Assembly (NCBI RefSeq): GCF_030684315.1
Contig: NC_081378.1
Location: forward strand, 30,800,571 to 30,864,570
DNA: 64,000 nt
Direction of reading: 5' to 3'
Origin: Stegostoma tigrinum
Taxonomy: Eukaryota
The translations under genes were made by a program, and so were the position numbers. Numbering within the stretch: the first letter of the stretch is position 1; each line of letters opens with the position of its first letter. Positions 37,415 to 49,530 of the stretch are shown here, in pieces. Under the pieces are notes generated by a model that saw only the letters and a list, made by a program, of their open reading frames with translations, ran no database searches and had not been told where the DNA came from.

Positions 37415-37674
37415 TCTAGTTCTAATATCCTTCACACCCTGTGCTATCCACCCAGTCAAACTCTTACCGTATCTCAGATCCAAGAAGACACTTATTGGAC
37501 TTGAAGCATTAACTGTGCTTCGCTATCCTCAGGTACTACAAGATCTACTGGGATACAACAGTACTTGCAGTTTTTATTTCAGAACTCCAACATCTGCAGT
37601 ATTTGCTTTTATCCACTCAGGACCTTATATTTTTCGACAAGATCATCGCTTATTCTGCTAAATCCCAAGAGCTA

Positions 37675-37898
37675 AAGGCCAGCCTTTCCATATCAGATAA
37701 CTGCTTCATCTCAGGAATGAATTGAATGAACTTTGTTTAAACTGATTCTGATGTAAGATCATTGTTTTTCAAATAACAAGACCAAAACTGCGTAAAGTAC
37801 TCCAGATATAGCATCTCCAAAACCTCATAGAGCTCCAGTAAAACTTGTCTACTCTTAACTGAAGTTCCTCTTGCAATAAACACCAATATTCCATTTGG
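37675..37898 (-). mobile_element. CR1 LINE fragment
   Basis: PNGILVFIARG..KSRQVLLELY...LEY..QFWS. Confidence 0.8.
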
Positions 37899-37935
37899 GA
37901 GAGAGAGTGGTATAGTGGCAAAGTGTCTTTTTCTG

Positions 37936-38280
37936 TTATTCATTCATGGATGTGGGTGTCACTGGCTAAGCCAGCATTTACTGCCCACCCCTAATTGCCC
38001 AGAGAGCAGTGAAGATTTTATCACATTTATTGTGAATCTGGAGCCACATGTAGGCTAAACTAGGTAAGAATGGCAGATTACTTCCCTGAAGGACATTAGT
38101 GAACCATCTAAACCTTATAACAATTGGCCACAGTTACATGGTCAACATTAGCTAGCTTTTTACTGCAAATTTTTATTGAATTCAAATGTGACCATCTGCT
38201 CGTGGTGTGGTACGAACTCATGTCCCAGAACATGAGCCTGGGTTTTTTGATTACTAGCCCAGTGACACTGTCATGACACC
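37936..38280 (-). mobile_element. tRNA-derived SINE with LINE-like tail
   Basis: Colinear with 63012-63367. Confidence 0.82.
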
Positions 38281-39119
38281 AAGTAAACCTCACTAGATTT
38301 GTGGTCCAAATTCCCAGACTAACGGTCTGTGCACAAGGTTTTAAATTCCACTACAACAACTCCAATCAAAACTGAATGAAACAGTGGCATGCTTGTGCAC
38401 GTAAATGTGCTAATCCCTATTAAATTTTAAAACTCCTCTGAACAAAAGTGAGGTCCATTATTAGATATAATTTCCTCTGTGATCCCATTAGCAGAAAACA
38501 AAGTATGCAACCTCTGTGAAGTTTTTTTTTTGTCATTTGCTGGTTCATTCTTTGCAAGCATAACTTACGTTGATTACTTATTACAATGTATAGTTATTGT
38601 TTTTAAATTCAACAAAATCAACGTGTAACTTCTGCCATACTCTAGCTGGTCATTTCCACGTTTGCAAAAATGACTTCATTTCTGCAGTTCAACATACTCT
38701 ACATAGTTTCACCGTGTCTTCTATGCCCTTATCGAACTTTGGCCACCAAAAATTATTTCTTCCATCTGCACTTTCTTGGAATTAGAACTTTCGCTTCCCA
38801 CAAAACACAACATCTCCCAACTGAAAACTCATTCTGATAAATAAAATGGCCTAATATCTAAATCCTGTGCCCGTGTTGGGTGCCCATTTGTGATATAGTC
38901 AGGCACCCTGTATATTGTTCATCTTGTTCTGAAAATGTTATCTGCTTTGGCTGGAAACTTGTCTATATGTGAAATGAAAAATGTGTTCTGTTTAGTTCTA
39001 CACTGAGTGGGGATTTACAATTACTTTATAATGGCTACATAATCACACAGTACAGTTGGTCTTTAGGTACTATCATTATGTGAGTATCCCAAATACCCTG
39101 TTCGACCTGGGCAAGAATA

Positions 39120-40620
39120 TTCCCACCAGTTCTTGCTCTATATTCTCTCTTGGATTATAGGGCACTGAACAGATCTGCTGTAAACTAATGTGGCATTTCT
39201 CTGAACCATAGATTGACCTTATATCCTTGAATTGGACAGCTAGTTTAACAAAACACCCAAGGATGTTTAGAGATCACACCATCTTGTATTGTGAGGTTAC
39301 TGCTTCTCTGAAAAATATCTAATTTTTAGATTAATATCAGCTATCTAAATCAGTTCTTTTTCAGCAAAGCTAATTTTTGTCTCTTCCGTACATTAATGGG
39401 TGATTTTGCCAATTGCTCCTTTGAGGTGACCAGAATCATCACCCTTCCCATTATAGGATTTTTTTTCCTACATAGTGTCTCAGTTCTAAGTGTGATTTGT
39501 CAAACTGATGCAGATTGAACATGTGACAATATCACCTCTCTCCATACCTTCTGGAGTCAATCTCCATTTGGCTGGGGCTTCATCCAGTGTTTCTTGGACT
39601 ACAATGACTTGTGAATTTGCATCGAACATTCTTGTGGTCCTTACTGTATGGATTTCAACTGGACCCTTATTGACCTGTTGCTGGTTGACAACCAGGAGAA
39701 GTGACTGCCATTTTCTTCCATCAGCACTTTTTCCAGGTAATTTCTTTAGACACGGCCTAGCAAGATGTCCCTTCTTCTTGCAATTGTAGCACTCTGTATT
39801 CACAAATGGCAATTTTGTGCCCAATATTTGCCTGAGTGCCAGGATCAAGATGTTGTAACGACCTTCACTGGGGCCTTCGGATTAGCTAATTACAGTTTAT
39901 TACTTCAGCAAACGTCTGGCAGTTGCTGGCTCTGACCTTTCTTGAGTTATGTTTCTCCAGATTTGTGGACAATGTTGTGCAGTAAACGATATCAAAGAAA
40001 ACTTTGGCAATGTGAGCAACTTACAAGCTTCAAAATCTATCCTCTCCTGACCGCATCCCAAAACCAGCCCAGCTCAACCCCGTCTCCCTAACCTGTCCTC
40101 CTGCCAATCCATTTCTCCCACCTCAAGCCCCACCCCCAAATCCTACCTACCAGCCTCATCCCGCCTCCTTGATCTGTCCATCCTCCCTGGACTGACCTAT
40201 GCCCTCCCTAACTCCCTACATACACTCTCCTTTACTGGATCTGACCCTGCTTCTTTGACCTGTCTGTCATCTCTCCACCTATCTGCTTCTTTATCCGTCT
40301 TCCATCTGCCTTCCCATCTCTCCCTATTTATTTCAGAATCCCCTTCCCCTCCCCCATTTCTGAACAAACATCTAGACCCCTACATCAGCTTTCCTGCTCC
40401 TCTGATGCTGCTTGGCCTACTGTGTTCAGCCAGCTCTACACCTTGTTTACTTTGACCCCACTTTTTAAACTCACAGTGCACTCTTGAAATTCTTCATGAG
40501 CACAATGAATGGGTAGCTCTTTCAAGACTGCGAGACACTTTCAAATACCCTGGCTGGATAACTGAACACTTGTTCCAAGGTGATAACTTTCTGGAATCTC
40601 CAATATTTTAGAACTGTTTT
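39120..40620 (-). mobile_element. Gypsy-type LTR retrotransposon gag/protease remnant, interrupted by a PLE
   Basis: CCHC zinc knuckle CYNCKKKGHLARPC in ORF 39486-39848. Shifted-frame MEIDS resembles the aspartic protease motif. Downstream SVPY...NIEQEL. Boundaries approximate. Confidence 0.7.
40023..40447 (+). mobile_element. Older family A-related PLE 3' end
   Basis: acaagcttcaaaatc, pyrimidine-rich UTR, then gatgctgcttggcct...ccagctctacaccttgtt. Confidence 0.85.
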
Positions 40621-40635
40621 GCTGCTCACACTTTA

Positions 40636-41024
40636 GGGGAGGTAATGGCCTAGTGTCATTATCACTGGACTGTTAATCCAGAGACCCAGGTAATGTTCTA
40701 GGGACCTGGGTTCAAGTCCTGCCATGGCAGTAGATGGAATTTGAATTCAATAAATATCTAGAATTAAGAGAGTAATGATGACCAAAATGCAAACATGAGT
40801 CACAAGGATGAATGAGAAGATTTACCTGCCAGGCTGGTTGTTGGGGAAGAAATCATTTTGGGACATTAATGCCCTTCAGGGAAAGAAATCTGCCATTCTC
40901 ACCTGGTCCGGTCTACATGTGACTCCAGATTTACAGTAATGTGGTTAAATCATAACTGTCCTCTGGGAAATTAGGGATGGGCAATAGGTGCTGGCCTGTA
41001 ATGCCTTCATTCCGTGAATTAAAT
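40636..41024 (+). mobile_element. tRNA-derived SINE, full length, with a 51-bp foreign insert
   Basis: A box tggcctagtg, B box gggttcaagtcc, tail gggatgggcaatag. Confidence 0.88.
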
Positions 41025-42699
41025 AATGAAAAAAAGCTTACATAAAATTTATGATTGCTTCAAAGAAGCAAGCAAACTTTTGAGTGTTTCATGCACTTCT
41101 GGACCTGCTTCAGTTGGAAATGCCCTGCTTTCAACCACTGCCTAATTAACAGGCAATTTATCAGGATCATCTAGGACATTATTAGAAGTAAAAAAAAATT
41201 CCTTAGGCCACTCCACATATGCACCAAAAGACTCTTGATCATGCCTGTACCCACCATGTCTCTGAATACTATCGGTTGATGCAGCCATCCGCAAAGATTA
41301 GTCCATCCATATGTACAACCAGCCTTTCAAAAGCTGGAGGTTTTAATACTATTTTGCTACAATATAAAACCTCACAATCCTCCTACTATCTTGCTGGTAG
41401 CTTATCCAGCTCAAATTTATTCTACTAACGACTTGCATAATCTCAGCTTGTCTCATTGGAGGACAGGATAAAACAATGTGCAGTACATGGAAAGTCAGTG
41501 CTGAACTGACCTGTTTTTGTCTGGTTTATATGTATCTATAAATTGTGACAAGTAGGTGTTATTACAATCTTGTTTCCAAGAACGACCGGCCAATGGGAGC
41601 AATGGCCAATAATAAGACTGGATCCAACCTGGAGAAGCAATATGGACTCCACCTTTCAACCTAGGTAATGAGATCATAGCAGCAGGTACCAGCTAGGAAG
41701 GCACCAGAAACTGGGGACCAGATGTAATGTGGCAACTGGCAGTGACATGTAGTCTGGTCCTCTCCACAGGAAGGTGGGGTCACTCCATGCATTACACAGT
41801 TTCTGCTAGCTATGGCACCACTCCCTACTAGCCCCTACCTCCTGGAACATACAGGGCAGCTAACAGGTTTAATAAGGCTATCTTGAAATGTGGTGAAGGG
41901 CCATTTCTAATAGGATGTCAAGTTGAGATAGAAAGCAAACCCTACTTGCCAACATATAGGTCCCAATTGTTCTCAGGGTTGAAAGATAATCCGCCATCTT
42001 CCCCACTGTGTGCAAAATGTCACATCATCGGTCAAACGATAGGCACTCCTACCCCCGACATCAACCCCTGCCACAAATTCACACCCCACCTTCCCTCCTG
42101 ATGTTTCAGCCCCACACCTTGCCTCCTAAATCATTCCTAAAAATTCCATCTATTCAATGTACTTAATTGCATCGTAAGAACAGTGGTATATAATACTGTT
42201 TGGCTAGATTACAGAATCAGTCCATACATTATATAACTTGCTAGAAAATACATCCTCACTTGGCATTTATTACCATTGCCACTTATAACTTAGAGGATCA
42301 CTTGTAACTTTAATGTTGCATCCTCACTGGGGAATAAAAAATCTATTTGAATTGTACAGAAGAAGAATCCTTTACATATTACTCTTCAACATTGAGAGAA
42401 ACAATCTGCTATAGTATGCATTTAACTATTACATCAATTGTTTTTTGAAGCAGGTAATGTCATATAGCAAGACAGAATGACTTTGTATCAAGAAGTTCAG
42501 TCAGCCTGCCGATATTAACTGAACTAATGTGCAAGGTCATTTTTATTTTTAAAAAACAGAAGACATAAAGGAGGAAAATTTCCAATAAGATATGCATTCA
42601 TGATGAAGAAGAATTAGAAATGAAATAGCACACCTAGTGTTTGTTGTATCATTAGGAAACTGTGACATTATATTCCACAAAATTGTAACAAATACAGGC

Positions 42700-43405
42700 T
42701 TTAGGAAAAGAACTAACATAATAGGTTTAGCCCTTGACAATTAGGAATTAAAAGTAGTAGTAGTGACAAAACGGCAAAATAAGGCAAATATTTAAACACC
42801 AGGGCAGCGATACAGATCATCAAATCAGTATGAAACCAGAAGAAACTGCACTATTGATCAATAAAAAACAGAAGAAAATAAATATTTTATTGAGAGACTA
42901 AAAATCAACAAACTTGTGCAGCTCTGGTCACCAAATAAAATAATATAGAAGATCGAAGAAAATGCAAACACGAGTCACAAGGATGAATGAGAAGATATAC
43001 CTGCCAGGCAGAAGACATAACAGGCTAGGGCCCTTTTCTCTAGGCAAAGAGAAAAATGAGAGTTAACCTAATAAGAGGGCTTTTAAATTATGCACAGGAT
43101 TTGACACATGGATATCCTATTTCCTTGAGTGGGAAGACAGAAACTAAGGGTTATGAATAGAAGATAGCTACTCATCCAGAGCTGAATTCTTTTATTCAGC
43201 AAGGTTAGAATGTTCAACTTTCTACCATGAGGAATAATTGATGCAAACAATGTAGATGCATTTGAAGCTAAATAAGCAAATGAGAGAAAAAAAAGTACAA
43301 ACTGATGTGTTTGAATGAAGAATAGTGGAAGGAGAATTAGAAAATAAACATGAGGATTTGTCAGTGGGATTGAATGTTCAGGTTCTGTGTTGTAAATTCT
43401 ATGCA
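42700..43405 (+). mobile_element. Highly degenerate CR1 3' region
   Basis: tgtgcagctctggtcacc, ggctagggcccttttctct and the 3' tail region. Confidence 0.65.
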
Positions 43406-43509
43406 ATATATAATGGCTTAGCATCAGAATTATTAACTATCATTGAGCCAATACCCAAAGAAGCCACAACATTTAACGCTAATAACCAAGACAAACTACA
43501 ATAAATGGA

Positions 43510-43702
43510 CAGTAGGAACTGCAGATGCTGAAAAATCTGAGATAACAAGGTGTAGAGCTGGATGAACAGAGCAGGCCAAGCAGCATCAGAGGAGCAGGAA
43601 GGCTGATGTTTCGGGGTTAGACCCTTCTCCCAAAACGTCAGCCTTCCTGCTCCTCTGATGCTGCTTGGCCTGCTGTGTACATCCAGCTCTACACTTTGTT
43701 AT
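43510..43702. mobile_element. Fold-back pLTR mini-element (older family A subfamily)
   Basis: 14-bp TSD ctacaataaatgga/ctacattaaatgga. Arms invert within the hammerhead region. Confidence 0.9.
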
Positions 43703-44495
43703 CTACATTAAATGGAAAATATAGCAGCCACAGTGTGATTAATTTTAGGATTCTGAATCACCAAAGACATTCATCCAACTTTATAGGGAAAAACTCGATT
43801 AAGAAAATGAGAGCATATGGAAATGGATTGAATATAATGTTTAACAATTCTTTGATAAAATAAAATGGGGCCTGTTTGAATGAAAACTGCTAAAACAATG
43901 GGAAAAAGATTTACTTATCAACACACTTAACTGAATTATGCATGTTTCTGAACAAATTAACAAGTGTTAAGTGCAATAATGTAGGAAATTGGTCTTTACA
44001 AATCCCGTCGGAAGAGTAGGGAAGAACAAAGACATTCACAGTTGTGATTACAGGAATTTGAAGAAACAAGTTAACAAAATAATATAGGGGTCAAAGCAGA
44101 GGCCCAGAAATAATCAGAGCAATAAATGTGAAGCATAAGGTTAAATAAATTTAATCTTTCAACAAATATGGCTTAAAACTAAGAATGAATATAAATTAGA
44201 ATATGTGCTAAAAGATTCTTTTTTCAATGTTTCACTGAGACAAACAAGGTCAACATTTTTTGCCTAAAAGAAAACAACTAAATTAATTTTGTTTTTCTTT
44301 ATTCAATGAATGCTGACTTCCAAAACAAAGTTGTTGAGATAAAGTTAATTTAACTGGCAATTAGTTTGGAGAGAAGGCATTTCTCAAGTGATGTGCATTT
44401 TTGATTTGGTGGAGGAAGGGATTGTATTAAAGCCCCAGTATTGAAAGTCGACTGATTAGGGGCCCTGCCTAGTTCTGAACAAGGGCCATTCTCAC

Positions 44496-44698
44496 CGCAA
44501 AAACCAAAAAAAAACTGCAGATGCTGTAAACCAGGAACAAAAACGGAAGTTGCTGGAAGCTTTGGAGGTCTGGCAGCATCTGTGAAGAAAAAAAGAAATC
44601 AGAGTTAACATTTTGTGTGCGGTGACTCTTCCTCTGAACTTGAAACGCTAATTCTGATTTTTTTCTTCATAGATGCTGCCAGATCTGCTGAGCTTCCA
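44496..44698. mobile_element. Fold-back pLTR mini-element (family B)
   Basis: 11-bp TSD gccattctcac (44485-44495 and 44699-44709). Junction at about 44640. Confidence 0.88.
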
Positions 44699-46699
44699 GC
44701 CATTCTCACGATGATTATTTAAACCTTGCTATATGACAAGTAGGGTTTTATTAGATAAAATGTACGTGAAAGTAATGAGAGAGACTAAGGAGGAGGTATG
44801 GTTCTTTGAAAATCAAAAGCAACGAATCAGTAGACAACAGTATGGTAACAGTAAATTTTACTGAGATTAAATGATGTCCTGCTATCTTATCATTTTTACT
44901 GTGGATTGATTTGATAACAATAGTAGACTGAAGTGATCTTTCTCTAATTATAGCAGTATCAACTGAATGGCTGATGTTTATTGCCCTCTTCTCTAGAAGT
45001 ATTATTCATTTAGCCAAGGTATTTAAATAATAAAAGTACAAATTAGTTAAATTACTTTAGGTTTCAGTGTTTGCCTTTGGGTTTGAACAGAATGGGCACT
45101 TGTGAAATTCAGATATGTAGTCTGCAACTATACAGACGTTGAGATCAAATTTAAGTTGAGATTTGTGAGGCCACTGGGAAAGTAGGACAGATAAGAAAAA
45201 AATAGCTACTTGATTCATTACCTTATGTCTGAGCTGCTCAAATAACATCCGAAAATGTAACCAAATAAAAATTAAATAATCCATTGCTGAATAAACCTTA
45301 AATACAGAAGCACAATCCTGACTGATTTAATAGTTTTGATTTGAACTCCAAAACAATGGATGCGAGAGGGTTAAAAATGGGATTCATGTGCAGTGACAGT
45401 TACAAGTGGCATTCAAGTGTCCTGCCATGAAAGTGCTTAACAAACGTATTTAGTCCCCCACAATGCCAAAATGCAGCTCGATTAAACATCAGTGCTGCTA
45501 TGCAGGTTTCCCAGGGGTCAGGAATAATTGACGTGCTTCCCAACCTCTGAAAATAGTATTTGAGCTTTTCTAAGTTGATCACAACTACTCTTTCTGCCCC
45601 CACAACACTGTTCCTGACTTTCACTTCAGCCAGATAATGGTTTTTCTTTCTTCAGATTGCCAAACACAGGCTTTTCAAGTCTTCCTGCTATTAGTGGGTT
45701 GCAGTCCAGAATATCTATTTGGCCACATGTTAGCAGCAAATGGAACAAAAGCATTGAGCTTGACATCCTGCTGCTTTGCTAACATTCAGTTATCTTCAGT
45801 TTCCTCACCAGCCCATAAAAGTAAAAGTCATTTGCTTATTATATAACTACAACTACACGCACCAGCATTAAATTGCTGATTATATTTAAATTTAACTAAG
45901 ATCTAAAAAGCAAGAAAGCACATTTTAAAATTCATTACTTTTACGTTAACATCAATCCATGATTTAGAAAACAAGGGATTGTGAAAATAAGAGATTGTTG
46001 CAGTAAATGATAACATCTGCAGCTTTACAGTTGTTAATTGGCAGCATTGTATATTTTTCTAAAGTCACCAAGTTCACAGTACCTGGTACATGATAAGCTA
46101 AATTGGGGAAAAAGAAGAGTAAGAAATTTAGTGTGATTCGAGAAAGTGGGTCGTCACTCAGGAGGGGCTTCCAGCTTTTGATGTACCTACAGCAGTGAGA
46201 CCATCCTAATTAAAGCAATCGGCAATTGTGTGATGGTGACCCTGGTGCATCATTCCCTCTTCTCCTATAGTTCACGTATGAAGCTTCAACCCATACCATG
46301 TTCTTATCCAAAGTGATCTGCTTACATGAACAGTTATGAACTAGCCCAATACCAAACGCCATGCTTTGGCTCTTGCTATGCCATGGTCCTGCTATGCCTT
46401 CTATTATTTCACCAACATTTTCATTAAGGTGCCTCGTGAGATTACTTGCACAGTTTAATTTTTTATTTTACGCGTTGTCCCTGATGACATTATGCTAGGC
46501 ATTTGATTAAATGCAAATGTACAAGACAACATAAAGATAAGCCTGAATTATTTCAGTTCAACTTTGCCTTGACTGTTGTCAATTTATTTAGCACCAGCTG
46601 CTTCGCTAGCGTAGACTCCGATCAAATGTTTTCACTAATTTGACCGATGAGTGGAAGTGAATCAGTCTGCCTGATGATACTTAACTTCCTATATAGCCT

Positions 46700-47110
46700 G
46701 ATGTGAACTATAAACAGCAAGCGTCTTAAACAGTTGGAGAGATACTACAGCACTGCCTCTACAAATCCATTGGCAGGTTCGGTACACCAGTCAGTGTTGT
46801 CACTGAGGCCAAAAGCCCCAGCATTGATCACACTTGATCAGCTCTGATGGATGGATCACATTGTCCACATGTTTGATACAAGATTCCTAAGACAAATGCC
46901 CTACTGGGAGCTTTGACACTACAACTGAGCCCCAGTAGAGAAGAAGAAACGCTTCAAGGAGGCTCTCAAAGGGAAAAGATCTGTACACCTCTATCCCTAT
47001 TACTGATTGCAAACTGAAAACATCAAGTGTCAATGAAGAAAGGAATGTGTGGCAGCATGGGCAGCCTACCCTCCCATCCACCAATCACTGTCAGCACCAT
47101 TTGCTACAGA
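46700..47110 (+). mobile_element. RTE-clade LINE 3' remnant
   Basis: Shifted frames give LDQL.W.DHIVHM.DTR.LRQ..YWEL and KRFKEALK, typical of the RTE C-terminus. Confidence 0.7.
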
Positions 47111-47600
47111 GGCAGAGTGCTGAATTGTACCAGAAATTGGCTAAGTATAACTTCTGATGAGTTTCCTCGAGGTTTTCTCTCCACAAGGCCTGGCTAGTTT
47201 TTACACACTAACTTTCCAAACTTTCCTCATTACCTATAAATGTGGCCAAAGGTCATAGAATGTGATCTGAGATGTTTGTGCCCAGTATCCAACATGGCGG
47301 TTCTTTGTAACAAATAGCAAGCTAAAGTCGCCAGACGCTCACTCTGACTTCCACATTGAGAATTCTCAACATCCAACTTGTTTTGTGTGTTTGCTAAGAA
47401 GCTACATACTATTGACATGAGTTATGGCATTAACAAAACATTTAACACACTATAATGCTCCTTAATTGGTTACTCATCACTACTTTATGAGAAACTTAAC
47501 TGGTTGCTTGGTCAATGCATAGAAGATGCAACAATTTGCTCCCAATGCCAAGATAGGCCTCCCTAGACATCTGATATTATTCTGTAACAAATATTAACAA

Positions 47601-47789
47601 AGTCCAAAGATGTGCAGGGTAGCTGGATTGGCCATGCTAAATTTTCCATAGTGCTGAGGGATGTTTAGGTTAGGCGGATTAGCCTGGGAAATTAGGGGAC
47701 TGGGTCTAGGTGGGATGCTCTTCAAAGGGGCAGTGTGGACTTGTTGGGCTAAATGGCCTGTTTCCACACTGTAGGGATTCTGTGATGAT
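47601..47789 (+). mobile_element. HE1-like SINE, 5'-truncated
   Basis: agtccaaagatgtgcagg...ggattggccatgctaaatt...ggcctgtttccacactgtagggattc. Confidence 0.85.
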
Positions 47790-48079
47790 GCTACGATTGG
47801 TTACAGTGCGCAGGCACCTATAAGGATACCGCTATATCTAACATTTCCTTTTTGGCCCTCATTCTGCTTATTTCTCAATTCCACAACCTGATTGATTCAG
47901 GACTCGGCCAATTACTTGCCCTAATTTCTATTGTCCTAGATATTGTGTTTCCCTTATTGCGTTTTTGCCAGCTTGGAGTTAAACCTTAAAAAGTGCACAG
48001 GATAGTCAAATAAATGGGGATTGGCCTGCCAGAGAAAATTTCATCTTTGAAAGTGCAATAGTCAAAACAAATCTGAATC

Positions 48080-49530
48080 AACACAGTGTGGACCTGGAGG
48101 AACACAAGCAAGTCAGGCAGCATCAGAAGAGCAGAGAAGTTGACATTTTGGGTTTACAACTTTCATCAAGGCTAGGGAGGGGTAAGGGAGCTCGGAAATA
48201 AACAGAGGGAGGAGTGGTGGGGCTGGGGGAAGGTAAATGGGATGGTGATATGTGGACTTAGGCAAGGGTTTGTCATGACTGGTCAGTGGGAGCTGGGTGG
48301 GGGTCGGATAGGTGAGAAAAAAGATGGACAGGTTGTGTCAGGTCAAGGAGGCAGGAACGAGAGGGAGGAGGACTGGACATGGGATGAGGATGAAGTGCTG
48401 GAGAGATTTGGAACTTGTGAATTCAATGTTAGGGCCATTGGGCTGTAAGCTCCTGAAGTAGAATGTGAAATGTTGCTCCTTCAGTTTGCATGTGGCATCG
48501 TTGTGAAACTGGAGGAGGCCCAGGATGGACATGTCATCGAGGGATTGGGAGGGGGGGTTAAAATGCTTGGCAACTGGAAGCTGTATTTGATTATAGTGTA
48601 CACAGCACAGACACTCTGTGAATTAGTCATTGAGTCTGTGCTTGGACTCACTGATGTAGTGGAGGCTGCGTCGGGAGCAATGGATACAGCAGACTTGGTT
48701 GGAGGATAATCAAGAGAATCCCTGTCCGATTTGGAAAGATTGTTTGGAGCCTTAGATGGAGGTGAGAGGGCAAGTGTAGGGGTAGATGCAGCACTCCCCA
48801 TTGTTGCAGGGAAAGGTGCTGGGGGTGGTCGGGTTGGTAGAGAGTGTGGTGCGTACGAGAGAGGCGTGGAGTGACTGCAACGGCAGTAGATTCGCCAACT
48901 TTAGGTACATTTAAGTCGTCATTGGATAAGCTTATGGACGTACATGGAATAGTGTAGGTTAGATGGGCTTGAGATCGGTATGACAGGTCGGCACAACATA
49001 GAGGGCCGAAGGGCCTGTACTGTGCTGTAATGTTCTATGTTCTATGGAAGGCAGGTTGGGGTGGGAGGGGGAATACCTCTTTAGTGGTAGAGGCAGATTG
49101 TAGGTGCCAGAAGTGGCAGAGGATGATATGCTGGGTGTGATGGTTAGTTGGGTGACATGAGAGGGCTGAGGTGTGTGCCCTTATTTTTGTTGAGGGGACG
49201 CGTTTTGAGGATAGAATTGCAGAAAATGCAAGGGATGCTGTTCGGGACATGATGAATCAATGGAGATGGTGGGGAGGGCATGTCACAGTCCTTGAAGAAT
49301 AAGGACATTTGAGAAGTTCGGGAGTGGAATGTTCCATCTTGGAAGCAGATTTGGCAGAGGTGGAGGAATTGAGTATGGGAGTGCATTTTCGAAGGACGGT
49401 GGATGAGAAGAGATGTCGTCAAGGCAGCTAGGGGAGTCAATGGGTTTCAAATAGACATCCGTGCTGAGACAGTTACCAGAGATGGGGAAGGAGAGGTCCA
49501 GGAAGGGGAGGGAGGTGTCCGAGATGGTTG
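48080..49530 (-). mobile_element. Old Neptune-type PLE (thumb, GIY-YIG, pLTR), interrupted by CR1
   Basis: MSILGLLQFHNDATCKLKEQHFTFYFRSLQPNGPN and QFLHLCQICFQDGTFHSRTSQMS. Confidence 0.88.
48874..49045 (+). mobile_element. Young CR1/HER1-like 3' end
   Basis: gagggccgaagggcctgtactgtgctgtaatgttctatgttcta, with CpGs retained. Confidence 0.9.

Noticed and set aside
37116-37661. ORFs of 181 and 86 aa
   Set aside because: They run through the N gap.
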